62,543 nucleotides of DNA from Deferribacteres bacterium (GTDB lineage Bacteria; Nitrospirota; Thermodesulfovibrionia; UBA6902), in assembly GCA_013152795.1 (NCBI GenBank), contig JAADFS010000028.1, positions 1 to 62,543 of the forward strand, read 5' to 3'. The notes beneath the pieces were generated by a model, which saw nothing but the letters and a program-made list of their open reading frames with translations, searched no databases and was not told the DNA's origin. Shown one piece after another: positions 9,472 to 17,536 of this stretch. Made by a program: the position numbers and the translations under genes. Position 1 is the first letter of the stretch, and every line of letters begins with the position of its first letter.

Positions 9472-10068
9472 TTACCAGTGATATCCGGCTGTCACGCCGT
9501 AGTGTAAGCCGCCGGCTTCCACATCGGTATTGAAGAGTGTAACTTCAGCCCTCGAGTATCGGAACTCGACACCGATGTTGAAGTTTCCGGACAGTACAAG
9601 GTATGCCCCTCCTCCAATCCATATGCCGATTCCGCTGTCGTCGTCGGTGACCTTGACTCCCGAGGCGGCAGCCTCCAGTTTCGCGTTTACCAGGGCCAGA
9701 CCTCCGCCGACAAAGGGACGAACCAGTGAAGGCAGTTCCCAGATCTTGCGGACCCCGAAGTACAATTCGGACGTATTCCCCTCGATGTCGACGCCCATGA
9801 CATTGTCGTCGTCGGAACTGAACAGGTAGCCGATCGTGCCGCTGACCGGCCAGTCGTCCTGCTTGAAGTCGACCCCGATGCCGATCTCGGTCTGTTCATC
9901 GAGTGGATTCCAGTCGTCTTCATCCAGGCTTTTGACTCCTATCAGCAGGTTTGCATTGCCGGACCATCCGTCCGCATCCAGGGCATAGGCGTTCGGGCCC
10001 ATCGTGCCGACGATGACCATCAAGAACACAAATGTACGGAACAAGCTGCTGAACTCAATCCCTCTCAT
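9472..10068 (-). CDS. outer-membrane beta-barrel protein (OmpW/OmpA-like small porin family)
   Basis: Start trimmed to MRGIEFSS (ATG 10068, AGGAGGAAGA upstream). Signal peptide ends AYA. Alternating beta-strand pattern; C-terminal GVTAGYHW ends in an aromatic residue. Confidence 0.7.
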   Translation of the reverse strand: MRGIEFSSLFRTFVFLMVIVGTMGPNAYALDADGWSGNANLLIGVKSLDEDDWNPLDEQTEIGIGVDFKQDDWPVSGTIGYLFSSDDDNVMGVDIEGNTSELYFGVRKIWELPSLVRPFVGGGLALVNAKLEAAASGVKVTDDDSGIGIWIGGGAYLVLSGNFNIGVEFRYSRAEVTLFNTDVEAGGLHYGVTAGYHW

Positions 10069-10249
10069 TGTCTTCCTCCTTTTCTTCGTCTGCGGGTTCA
10101 ACGTTCTTATACTAAGCACGGGGGGCCGGAAAGTCAAGACGCCGGCCGTGACGCCGGAGCCCCGGCTGCTGCTCGTGTTGCCATCCTCGGCAGTATGTGC
10201 TATCTTGGTCGTAGGCGGTGCCGGTCTGCAGAGGAGACGGAGTGGAGTC

Positions 10250-10846
10250 GTGTCCAGGATACTTGCCATAAATGGTTCATACCGCAGCAACGGAATAACC
10301 GACCAGTCTGTAAATGCACTGACCGAGGCTGCCGAGGCGGCGGGGGCAGTGACCGAGACCGTCCTCCTGCGCCGATACCCCGTGGAATTCTGCCTCAACT
10401 GTCGCCGGTGCACTCAGGAGCCGGGTGATGCGCCCGGCGAGTGCGTGCTGAACGACGGCATGCAGGAGCTGATCGACCGGATGGAGCTGGCAGACGGCTA
10501 CATCTTTGCATCCCCCACAAATTTCGGTACGGTCACGGCCGTCTTCAAGCGGTTCATGGAGAGACTGATCGTTTATGCCTATTGGCCGTGGGACATGAGA
10601 AGTCCGAGTCTCAGGAAGGCCAAGCTCCGGAAGAAGAAAGCCGTGCTCGTCTCCTCATGTGCTGCTCCCGGGATCATCGGACGCCTCTTTCACGAGACTC
10701 ACAGGCAGCTGAGGATGACTGCACAAGTGACAGGTGCCCGTACGGTCGGCACACTGTTTACGGGATTGACCGGGAGGGAGCAGGCCCCGGTGCTGCCCGA
10801 GCGTGCGTGTACAAGGATCGTCTCGCTGGCGGAAAGGCTGATTTGA
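10250..10846 (+). CDS. flavodoxin-like fold / NADPH-dependent FMN reductase family protein
   Basis: ILAINGSYRSNG..., IFASPTNFGTVTAVFKRFMERL. Start uncertain: GTG 10250 chosen after GGAG-rich sequence. Confidence 0.6.
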   Translation: MSRILAINGSYRSNGITDQSVNALTEAAEAAGAVTETVLLRRYPVEFCLNCRRCTQEPGDAPGECVLNDGMQELIDRMELADGYIFASPTNFGTVTAVFKRFMERLIVYAYWPWDMRSPSLRKAKLRKKKAVLVSSCAAPGIIGRLFHETHRQLRMTAQVTGARTVGTLFTGLTGREQAPVLPERACTRIVSLAERLI

Positions 10847-10913
10847 GCCGCGGGTGCCGCTGCGTTCCGGATGAGGCAACCGGTGTCGCCCGGAGGCGCG
10901 TTACCCCCACTCT

Positions 10914-12308
10914 CTATTTCCCGACACAGAACCGGCTGAATATCCGGTTGAGGATATCCTCGGTCGTGGTTTCACCTGCTATCTCTCCAAGCCTGTCGAG
11001 CGCGTCTCTGAGTTCAAAGGCGGTTATTTCGTATGGCAGCCCCTCCACTATGGCGCGGGATGCCCTTGAAATTGCCTCTGCTGCCCCGTCAAGGGCGAGC
11101 TTGTGCCTGAGGTTTGTTATCATCAGACCGTCTGAGGACGAGCCGCTCCTGAAGACCAGGCCCTCTATCTCCCTCTTCAGGGAGTCCATTCCCTGTCCGG
11201 TCCTGGCGGATATCCTGACGATCGGAAGCCCCTCGGGAATGAGGCCCTCGTCGACCGAGCCGGGGAGGTCAGCCTTGTTGAGGACGATGATGCTCTTTCT
11301 GGTGCGTATCTTGTCGATCACGGTGAAGTCTTCATCCTTCAACGGGAGGCTCATGTCGAAGACCGCCAGCACCAGGTCCGCACCGTCGATCGCCCTGAGG
11401 CTTCTCCTGACCCCTTCACTCTCGGCCAGGTCGTGGGTCTCCCTGATGCCTGCCGTATCCATTATCCTCAGCGGCAACCCGTTTATGTTCAGATACTCCT
11501 CTATGACGTCCCTTGTAGTGCCGGGACTCTCCGTTACGATCGCCCGTTCCCTCTCAACGAGGGCGTTCAGGAGGGATGACTTTCCGACATTCGGTCTTCC
11601 GACGATCGCCACCGATAAGCCTTCACGAAAGAACCTTGCCTCTTCGTATGTTGAAGACAACTCACGGAGCCGCCCTGCAAGGGTGTCGGCGCTCCTGCTG
11701 AGCTCCTCTCTTGTATGCAGGTCCAGCTCTTCTTCAGGAAAGTCTATATATGCCTCGATATGGGCGCATATCTCCACGAGGGTCGTCCTTGCGGACGCTA
11801 TCTTTTCGGAGAGCGCGCCGGAGAGCTGTTCCATGGCAAGCTTTCTGGCCCTGTCGGTCTTTGCCCGTATCAGGTCGATGGTCGCTTCTGCCTGGGAGAG
11901 GTCTATCCTCCCGTTCATGAAAGCCCTGAACGTGAACTCACCCGGTCCTGCTATTCGCGCCCCTTCTCTTACCGCGAGTTCGAGGACCCTTCTGAGGGGA
12001 ATCATTCCGCCGTGGCAGTTGATCTCCACAACGTCTTCTTTCGTATATGAGTGGGGAGCCTTCATGACCGACAGCAGCACCTCGTCTATGACGGTGCCGT
12101 CCCTCGGATCAGTGATATGACCGTAGTGCATTGTGTGGGAGCGGAATTCCGTGGGAGTGCCCTTGCGGTGCGGGCTGAACATCATGGAAGCAATACCGAT
12201 TGCATCCTTGCCGCTCAGCCTGACTATGCCTATCCCGCCTTCTCCTGAAGGGGTGGATATGGCGACTATGGTATCTTCGAGGTTCATGGGCATGAAGGGG
12301 TCAGACAT
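10914..12308 (-). CDS. mnmE: tRNA modification GTPase MnmE
   Basis: G-domain GRPNVGKSSLLNAL, DTAGIRE, NKADL. Diagnostic C-terminus FCVGK. ORF N-terminus beyond 12308 is a read-through of tRNA-His. ATG 12293 or 12287 are also possible starts. Confidence 0.9.
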   Translation of the reverse strand: MSDPFMPMNLEDTIVAISTPSGEGGIGIVRLSGKDAIGIASMMFSPHRKGTPTEFRSHTMHYGHITDPRDGTVIDEVLLSVMKAPHSYTKEDVVEINCHGGMIPLRRVLELAVREGARIAGPGEFTFRAFMNGRIDLSQAEATIDLIRAKTDRARKLAMEQLSGALSEKIASARTTLVEICAHIEAYIDFPEEELDLHTREELSRSADTLAGRLRELSSTYEEARFFREGLSVAIVGRPNVGKSSLLNALVERERAIVTESPGTTRDVIEEYLNINGLPLRIMDTAGIRETHDLAESEGVRRSLRAIDGADLVLAVFDMSLPLKDEDFTVIDKIRTRKSIIVLNKADLPGSVDEGLIPEGLPIVRISARTGQGMDSLKREIEGLVFRSGSSSDGLMITNLRHKLALDGAAEAISRASRAIVEGLPYEITAFELRDALDRLGEIAGETTTEDILNRIFSRFCVGK

Positions 12309-12342
12309 GCATGCGGATTTTTCCGGACGGACAGGATAACGA

Positions 12343-12419
12343 TGGGGTGAGCGATGGGACTCGAACCCACAACCACTGGAGCCACAGTCCAGTGCTCTAA
12401 CCATTGAGCTACGCTCACC
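12343..12419 (-). tRNA. tRNA-His (GTG anticodon)
   Basis: Reverse complement GGTGAGCGTAGCTCAATGGTTAGAGCACTGGACTGTGGCTCCAGTGGTTGTGGGTTCGAGTCCCATCGCTCACCCCA folds as a cloverleaf. Has the extra G-1, loop CTGTGGC and an encoded CCA. Confidence 0.9.
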
Positions 12420-12479
12420 ATTGTAACTATCGTCGTATACTTATTTTATCAGAAACAGCCCCTGTTATGCCATCTGTTC

Positions 12480-12526
12480 TGGCGCGCCTGGGAGGATTCG
12501 AACCCCCGACCCACTGATTAGAAGTC
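12480..12526 (-). pseudogene. 3' fragment of tRNA-Arg (TCT anticodon); prophage attachment-site remnant
   Basis: Reverse complement ..GACTTCTAATCAGTGGGTCGGGGGTTCGAATCCTCCCAGGCGCGCCA contains the anticodon loop, 3' anticodon stem, T-arm, acceptor 3' strand and CCA. It closely resembles E. coli argU. No D-arm or 5' acceptor strand is present; sequence beyond 12526 is integrase-proximal phage DNA. Confidence 0.8.
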
Positions 12527-12557
12527 CTGCGTCCAACATCAATAAAAACATTTGAAA

Positions 12558-13634
12558 TCAACCGGTTATTTCATTTTTCGTGTAGTCATTGTTGACTACA
12601 CTGTTCGGTTTTAAATTCAATCCTGCATTTTCAAGTGCATTTTTTTTATTCTCTAACGCCACATGGGTATAAAATTCCGTTGTTGCAATCTGAGCATGGC
12701 CGAGGATTTCCTGTATTGTGCGCAGGTTGATATCCTTTGCCAGCAGGTGAGTTGCCAGGCTATGGCGGAGCAGGTGCGGATGGATGTGTTTATTAATCCC
12801 TGCTTTTTTCTTTGCCCTCTGTATTGCCCTTCTTATGTCCCTGATCGGCCTTGCACCGTTGACCGGTGAAGGGAAGACCCATTCTGAGCCGGTCGACTTG
12901 AGCAGGTCCTTCAATTCATCGTGCAGCCAATCCGACAAGGGCAGAACATTGGTTTTGTCCCCCTTCCGTCTGACCATTATGGCCCTGGTCTCCCAGTCGA
13001 TGTCTGTTCGTCTCAACATTCTTGCCTCGCTGAACCGAAGGCCGAGGTTGAACATGACAAGGAACATAACACGGTACACCGGGGAATCAGCGGCCGCGAT
13101 GAAGCGGACAGCTTCCTCAAATGTAAGCACCTGTGGAATAGGTCTTTTATATGGCAATTTTTCAATCTTCAATACCTCGGCGGGCCTCAGGTTCATGTTT
13201 TTGTCAGCCCATTTCAGGAAGGCTGCAAAGTAATCGAGCTCTTTGTTGATTGACCTGTTCCCTGCATTTTTCCCGCGGAAATCTTCTTTTCTCTGTTTCT
13301 GGTATAGCTGGAGCAACCTGTTTGTAATGTCATGGATCCGCATGGTTCCGAAGAACGGCACCAGATACCTCTCAAAACATTGCTTCTTGTCCACGAGGGT
13401 TTTCTTTGCCTGGTGCAGACGGACATACTCGAGGTATGCCGGGACCATTGCCTTGATAGGATCATTCAGGGCAACAAGCGGAGATGCTCCGCTCTTTTTC
13501 CGCATCTCTGCCTCAATTTCCCTTGCCTCATTTTCGGTTGTCCCTTCCGGAAGAGTAATACGCCGCCTCTTCCCCTTCCTGCCGTGGGGATAATAATCTA
13601 TGACGTATTTGCCGTTTCGGATACGGATAGACAT
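12558..13634 (-). CDS. phage integrase, tyrosine recombinase
   Basis: GLRFSEARML (Arg), HPHLLRHSLATHLL (HxxR), LGHAQIATTEFYTHV (His/Tyr). Adjacent to the tRNA-Arg fragment. Confidence 0.9.
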   Translation of the reverse strand: MSIRIRNGKYVIDYYPHGRKGKRRRITLPEGTTENEAREIEAEMRKKSGASPLVALNDPIKAMVPAYLEYVRLHQAKKTLVDKKQCFERYLVPFFGTMRIHDITNRLLQLYQKQRKEDFRGKNAGNRSINKELDYFAAFLKWADKNMNLRPAEVLKIEKLPYKRPIPQVLTFEEAVRFIAAADSPVYRVMFLVMFNLGLRFSEARMLRRTDIDWETRAIMVRRKGDKTNVLPLSDWLHDELKDLLKSTGSEWVFPSPVNGARPIRDIRRAIQRAKKKAGINKHIHPHLLRHSLATHLLAKDINLRTIQEILGHAQIATTEFYTHVALENKKNALENAGLNLKPNSVVNNDYTKNEITG

Positions 13635-13678
13635 TACTCAAACCGACACTGGAACCAGCCAGGTAGGCACCTCCATCA

Positions 13679-14287
13679 CTATAATTTAGACAGCAAATCC
13701 TTCTTTTTTTCCTGGAACTCTTGTTCTGTCAAAATGCCTTGTTCTTTCAATTCAGCCAATTTTTTTATCTGCTCCGGGATATCAATATTAGAGTTGGCCT
13801 CTATGGGTGTTGAATGTTTCTTGCCGATATTTTCTTTGACATAATTAACAAACGCATGAACATTTCCCTCGCTTATCCATTTCATGGACACCTTGTTACC
13901 AGATGCAAATAGCGTAATTGTATGCCCCATGAATCCCTTGCTTATATCGATTGAAGATATATTTGAATAAGGAAAAACCTCTAAATCATAACCAAGCATT
14001 TTTTTAGCGTAAAAAACGACTTTCTCGTTAGTCGCCAGGAAGATGCCGCTCCTGATACTCTCTTTACCTAATATTTTTGTTTCATAAGTGCCGAGAACTG
14101 ATGCGATGATTTTTTCGTCCTTATTCAGGTGTTCCGATGAAAGCTGAATAAGTTTTTGATGCTTGGTAAGTTTCTCTGGTTTTTTGTCCGAGTTGGGAGT
14201 TTCAGCAGTCGTTTGAGCTTCCATAGCACTTTTCAGTTTCTCAGCCTTCCATTTCTCATATTCCTCTCTACTTTTCCACTGTGCCAT
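13679..14287 (-). CDS. bacterial PH-domain (YokE-like) plus C-terminal SHOCT-domain protein, lysogeny-side moron
   Basis: GIFLATNEKVVFYAKK..SSIDISKGFMGHTITLFASGNKVSM (bPH-like). KKLAELKEQGILTEQEFQEKKKDLL (SHOCT pattern). Confidence 0.55.
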   Translation of the reverse strand: MAQWKSREEYEKWKAEKLKSAMEAQTTAETPNSDKKPEKLTKHQKLIQLSSEHLNKDEKIIASVLGTYETKILGKESIRSGIFLATNEKVVFYAKKMLGYDLEVFPYSNISSIDISKGFMGHTITLFASGNKVSMKWISEGNVHAFVNYVKENIGKKHSTPIEANSNIDIPEQIKKLAELKEQGILTEQEFQEKKKDLLSKL

Positions 14288-14317
14288 GGGGTTGTCCTCC
14301 TTGCAACAAATGCTGAA

Positions 14318-14962
14318 CTAAACCTTCAAGGGCCTCCATCCCTTGATGACCTTGCCCATGATCTGATAGTGCCTGTTCGGCTTCAGGGTCGGATATTCAG
14401 GATTGTCGCTCACCAGGAACTTTTCCCCGTCTTTTTCCCTGTACCGCTTGATCATGGATTCGCCCCATTCATTGTTGACGATGACAATATCACCGCTCCG
14501 GATTTCTTCGTTCGGCCTGAAGATGACATAGTCCCCATCCCGGAACGTCGGGCTCATGCTGTCACCCTTCACAATGAGTGCATATGCTCCCTTGGGTACC
14601 TCCGGTATATTGATATAGTCAATTATGTCGCTTTCAGGGATGTGTTCAGGAAAACCGGCCGGCACCCTGCCGAGCACGGGGATGCTCTCTGTCAATGAGA
14701 AGGCCCCCGGGATTCCTGATTTCTGAAACATATCTCCTTCGCCGGTTTTTAACCAATGTTCGTCAATTCCATATTTGAGACATATTAACCTGACAATTTC
14801 TTCCGGGATTCTTGTTTTTCCAAGTCTGTAATCCGACAGCCGGTTTTTGTGAATTCCGAGATCTTCGGCCATTTTTTTAGTATTTAAATGAAATTTATCA
14901 ATAACCCTATCTATTCGCTCGCCTATAGATCCCCTTGGCGGTTTATTACGCTTTCTTGGCAT
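14318..14962 (-). CDS. CI/LexA-like repressor (XRE HTH plus S24 peptidase domain)
   Basis: N-terminal HTH KKMAEDLGIHKNRLSDYRLG. C-terminal GDSMSPTFRDGDYVIF..MIKRY Ser/Lys dyad. Confidence 0.85.
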   Translation of the reverse strand: MPRKRNKPPRGSIGERIDRVIDKFHLNTKKMAEDLGIHKNRLSDYRLGKTRIPEEIVRLICLKYGIDEHWLKTGEGDMFQKSGIPGAFSLTESIPVLGRVPAGFPEHIPESDIIDYINIPEVPKGAYALIVKGDSMSPTFRDGDYVIFRPNEEIRSGDIVIVNNEWGESMIKRYREKDGEKFLVSDNPEYPTLKPNRHYQIMGKVIKGWRPLKV

Positions 14963-14966
14963 TGCA

Positions 14967-14987
14967 ATAGACCGTAATATTGTCTAT
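14967..14987. promoter_or_regulatory. candidate operator palindrome ATAGAC-N9-GTCTAT just upstream of the repressor start
   Basis: Perfect 6-bp inverted arms. GTCTAT recurs at 15192-15197. Lies in the divergent immunity intergenic region. Confidence 0.4.
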
Positions 14988-15260
14988 ACTTATAACCATG
15001 ATGGCCCTGAATTCAGCAAACACAAAACCCTCCCTTGGTTGTAATTTCGGCGCCACCGAAATTATACCACAGGGTAGGGATTTTTTCACCCACCACCGCC
15101 CCCTCATCGTGGTGGGCAACTCCCCGGCATGCCGGTCTCTGCCTGCCAGACAGGGCCATCACCTTGACCGTCATGCCGGGGCCTTTTACCTGTCTATCCA
15201 TACAATGATTATATGCCCTTATCTCCATAAGGGCAATTATAAGTTGGCTCGGGGGTTATA

Positions 15261-15722
15261 ATGACTTCTTATGATGCTCTGAACAAGGCCATTGGGGGAA
15301 AAACGAGGGAGCATGCCAAGGCCCTCGGTCTCAGCACAGCCCTGCTGTATAAGTGGCAGGAGCCCTCAACGGATTGGACAGACTCAGGCTCCTACAACCC
15401 CCTCGACCGCATAGAGACGATCATAGAGACAGCGCTCAAACTTGGGCAAGGCAGAAATGATGCCTTTGCTCCTCTTCATTACCTCGCCCGCCGTTTCAAC
15501 CAGATTTTGATTCCTGCCCCCTCAAGTGCTACCTGCCTTAAAGAACTGCAGCAGGCGCTTATGAAGACAATAAAGGAGTTTTCAGACCTCGCGCGGGCCT
15601 CGGCCGCCGCCCTCGAGGACGGCAGGCTCGACCCACGTGAGGCAGAGCAGATAAAAAAGGAAGGCTGGGAGCTCATCGAGCAGGCCTCGGCCTTCGTAAA
15701 GTTAATCGAGGACTATCTATGA
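15261..15722 (+). CDS. phage regulatory protein, CII/CP76-like HTH
   Basis: N-terminal EHAKALGLSTALLYKWQEP HTH-like segment. First gene transcribed divergently from the repressor. Confidence 0.5.
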   Translation: MTSYDALNKAIGGKTREHAKALGLSTALLYKWQEPSTDWTDSGSYNPLDRIETIIETALKLGQGRNDAFAPLHYLARRFNQILIPAPSSATCLKELQQALMKTIKEFSDLARASAAALEDGRLDPREAEQIKKEGWELIEQASAFVKLIEDYL

Positions 15723-15946
15723 ATGATATCCTGGTTCGTCTTCAGATACTGGAGAAGAAAGTAGACAAAATGCTTGAAAAAATGGGCATCGACATTGATG
15801 AGGAGGAAGAGTTCCGGACGGCAATAGACTATGCCGTGAGGACCCTTGATTTTTCACTGATCAAGGCGCATCTCCGCAAAAAAATAGAAAGGGAGGGGAG
15901 ACTCAATGGAAAGAGTAAGCATAGAAGAACTGAAACTTCCAGATGA
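15719..15946 (+). CDS. hypothetical protein
   Basis: ATGA overlap with the upstream stop. Charged, coiled-coil-like 75 aa. Confidence 0.4.
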   Translation: MNDILVRLQILEKKVDKMLEKMGIDIDEEEEFRTAIDYAVRTLDFSLIKAHLRKKIEREGRLNGKSKHRRTETSR

Positions 15947-16160
15947 AATCGCCTTAACCAACAGCTTTCATGTCTTCTGTATCGACGAGATACAACCAAT
16001 ACTCAAAGAAGCTCTGATCAGGAAGCATCCAACCGCTGCATATTGGGATGTTCAGAACAGGACATTCCTTCTGTTTGATGAGGCGCTGAACCTGTTGGAT
16101 GCCTTGACCATTGATGACATCGATCAATTAAAGGAGGGGGACAGATGTTTGACAAGCTGA
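15906..16160 (+). CDS. hypothetical protein
   Basis: ATG preceded by GGGAGGGGAG. 84 aa. Confidence 0.4.
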   Translation: MERVSIEELKLPDEIALTNSFHVFCIDEIQPILKEALIRKHPTAAYWDVQNRTFLLFDEALNLLDALTIDDIDQLKEGDRCLTS

Positions 16161-16648
16161 CAAAAGTGATCGTCCTGATCGCAATTGGATGGATTCTCGG
16201 GTATATGCATCATTTCATGGTGACAAGAGACATCCTTCAGGATTTCAGCAACAGGATCTTGTGGCTTGAGCAGGATATGAGCCTTGCAAACGCAGGGATA
16301 TCTCAGGTCTTCAAGGAAGTCATCACTCTCAATCAAAAATTCAATATCGGGAGTGATTTCAAGGTCACCGGCTATTCGAATGACCCCGGATCAATCAATG
16401 TCCCGCGCTGGCGTGACGGAAGGACTGCCACCGGAGTGAAGGCTACACCCGGGATCTGCGCGGCCGACTGGGATTTGATCCCGGTTGGAACTCTTGTCTG
16501 GATAGATGATTACGGCTGGTGTGAAATCCAGGACAGGGGCGGCAAGGTAAAGGGAAGGCATATCGATCTTTTCTTTGATGATGTGCTTGATGCAAAGAAT
16601 TGGGGTGTGAGAAAGACTGATATAGTCATTGCTGATCTGGAGGAGTAG
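16145..16648 (+). CDS. membrane-anchored 3D-domain (RlpA/MltA-like double-psi barrel) protein
   Basis: N-terminal TM helix VIVLIAIGWILGY. FKVTGYSNDPGS..TATGVKATPGICAADWDLIPVGT..IQDRGGKVKGRHIDLFF matches the 3D-domain pattern. Confidence 0.7.
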   Translation: MFDKLTKVIVLIAIGWILGYMHHFMVTRDILQDFSNRILWLEQDMSLANAGISQVFKEVITLNQKFNIGSDFKVTGYSNDPGSINVPRWRDGRTATGVKATPGICAADWDLIPVGTLVWIDDYGWCEIQDRGGKVKGRHIDLFFDDVLDAKNWGVRKTDIVIADLEE

Positions 16649-16664
16649 CTCCCCCGCCCTCCTG

Positions 16665-16745
16665 ATGCCGTGGGGATAGGGTTCCGGACCCGACAAGGTG
16701 AATGCCTCCACCTTCCCCACGGCATAACCAGAGGCGATTTGGCAA
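16665..16745 (+). ncRNA. structured leader element, copy 1 (see findings)
   Basis: 11-bp outer helix ATGCCGTGGGG/CCCCACGGCAT encloses a 45-nt core identical to 17543-17587. Conserved tail AACCAGAGGC. Confidence 0.5.
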
Positions 16746-16865
16746 GGAGATGCTTTATATCCTGCATATCAAGGATTTTGCTGGTGTAAAGGACATAGTT
16801 GCATACACATGTGTTCTTTCAACAATCAGTGGGCTCTACAGCACATTGCCCCAGGGAGTGAATTG

Positions 16866-17528
16866 ATGAGCACAACCCTTGAATCTGTTGCAGAGAAACA
16901 TACTGATCAGGATATATGTCCCCGCTACCCCGGCAACCCGACCAGGACAGACTTGATGTGCGCCACAAGGCATAAGAAGGCCGTAAGGGATCCGGAGAAG
17001 ATCCTTTATTCGAATTGTGCTGACTGCAATATCGGTAAAGAGGCAGCAATGAAGGATATCAAACCGATCAAATATACAGCCAAGCATACATCGACCGATA
17101 CACATCCCTGTTCGCAGTGTGGCAGGCCTACCCGGGGCAAGTTATGTGCCGGATGTTTGCTCCAGGGCAAGTCAGGCTCTTCCAGGGAGACAAAGGAGAC
17201 AGAAATGCAAAAACAAAAGATCTGCAAGGTTGAAGGATGCGGCAATCCTTTCAAAGCAAGAGGTTATTGTGACAAGCACTATAAAAATGCCGTTAAAACC
17301 GGTGAGATTAAGACTACACCCAGGAATAAAAAGAAGATCAATCCTCAACCGGAGAAGCAGGAAACGTGCAATGCAGAGAATATGACCGCCATGCTTGCCC
17401 AGCTTCTCTATTGCAGCCGGGTTCTCGATTCCGAAATCAACGCCGCCATGCTTCAGAACAGGATCGAGATCAAGAATATATCCGATGTAAGGTTCCGCCT
17501 TGGAGAGATAATGAGAGGGGCTCTATAG
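16866..17528 (+). CDS. Cys-rich (zinc-ribbon-like) hypothetical protein
   Basis: CSQCGRPTRGKLCAGC and CKVEGCGNPFKARGYCDKHY motifs. ATG 16866 preceded by GGGAG; ATG 16809 is an alternative start. Confidence 0.5.
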   Translation: MSTTLESVAEKHTDQDICPRYPGNPTRTDLMCATRHKKAVRDPEKILYSNCADCNIGKEAAMKDIKPIKYTAKHTSTDTHPCSQCGRPTRGKLCAGCLLQGKSGSSRETKETEMQKQKICKVEGCGNPFKARGYCDKHYKNAVKTGEIKTTPRNKKKINPQPEKQETCNAENMTAMLAQLLYCSRVLDSEINAAMLQNRIEIKNISDVRFRLGEIMRGAL

Positions 17529-17536
17529 TCCCATCG

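Noticed and set aside
10914-12404. Full-length 496-aa version of the mnmE ORF.
   Set aside because: The first 32 codons (..CGSSGCGFESHRSP..) are a translation of the tRNA-His gene. The real start is at or after 12308.
15089-15116. Hairpin CCCACCAC/GTGGTGGG considered as a terminator.
   Set aside because: The T-run lies 5' of the stem on the + strand, and on the - strand an A-run follows. It fits neither orientation of an intrinsic terminator.
14980-15261. ORFs 14980..15261 (+) and 15013..15228 (-) in the immunity intergenic region, considered as a possible Cro.
   Set aside because: Neither has an SD or an HTH-like sequence. They overlap each other and consist mostly of the GC-rich insert.
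16681-16691. An 11-nt match between the leader core GTTCCGGACCC (also at 17551-17561) and the reverse complement of the truncated terminal repeat GGGTCCGGAAC (20101-20111), considered as a tracrRNA-like anti-repeat or crRNA-like autoregulatory site.
   Set aside because: The segment is itself nearly palindromic (TCCGGA core), so the match is orientation-ambiguous and short. Complementarity to the full-length repeat is interrupted. I keep it only as a weak hint.
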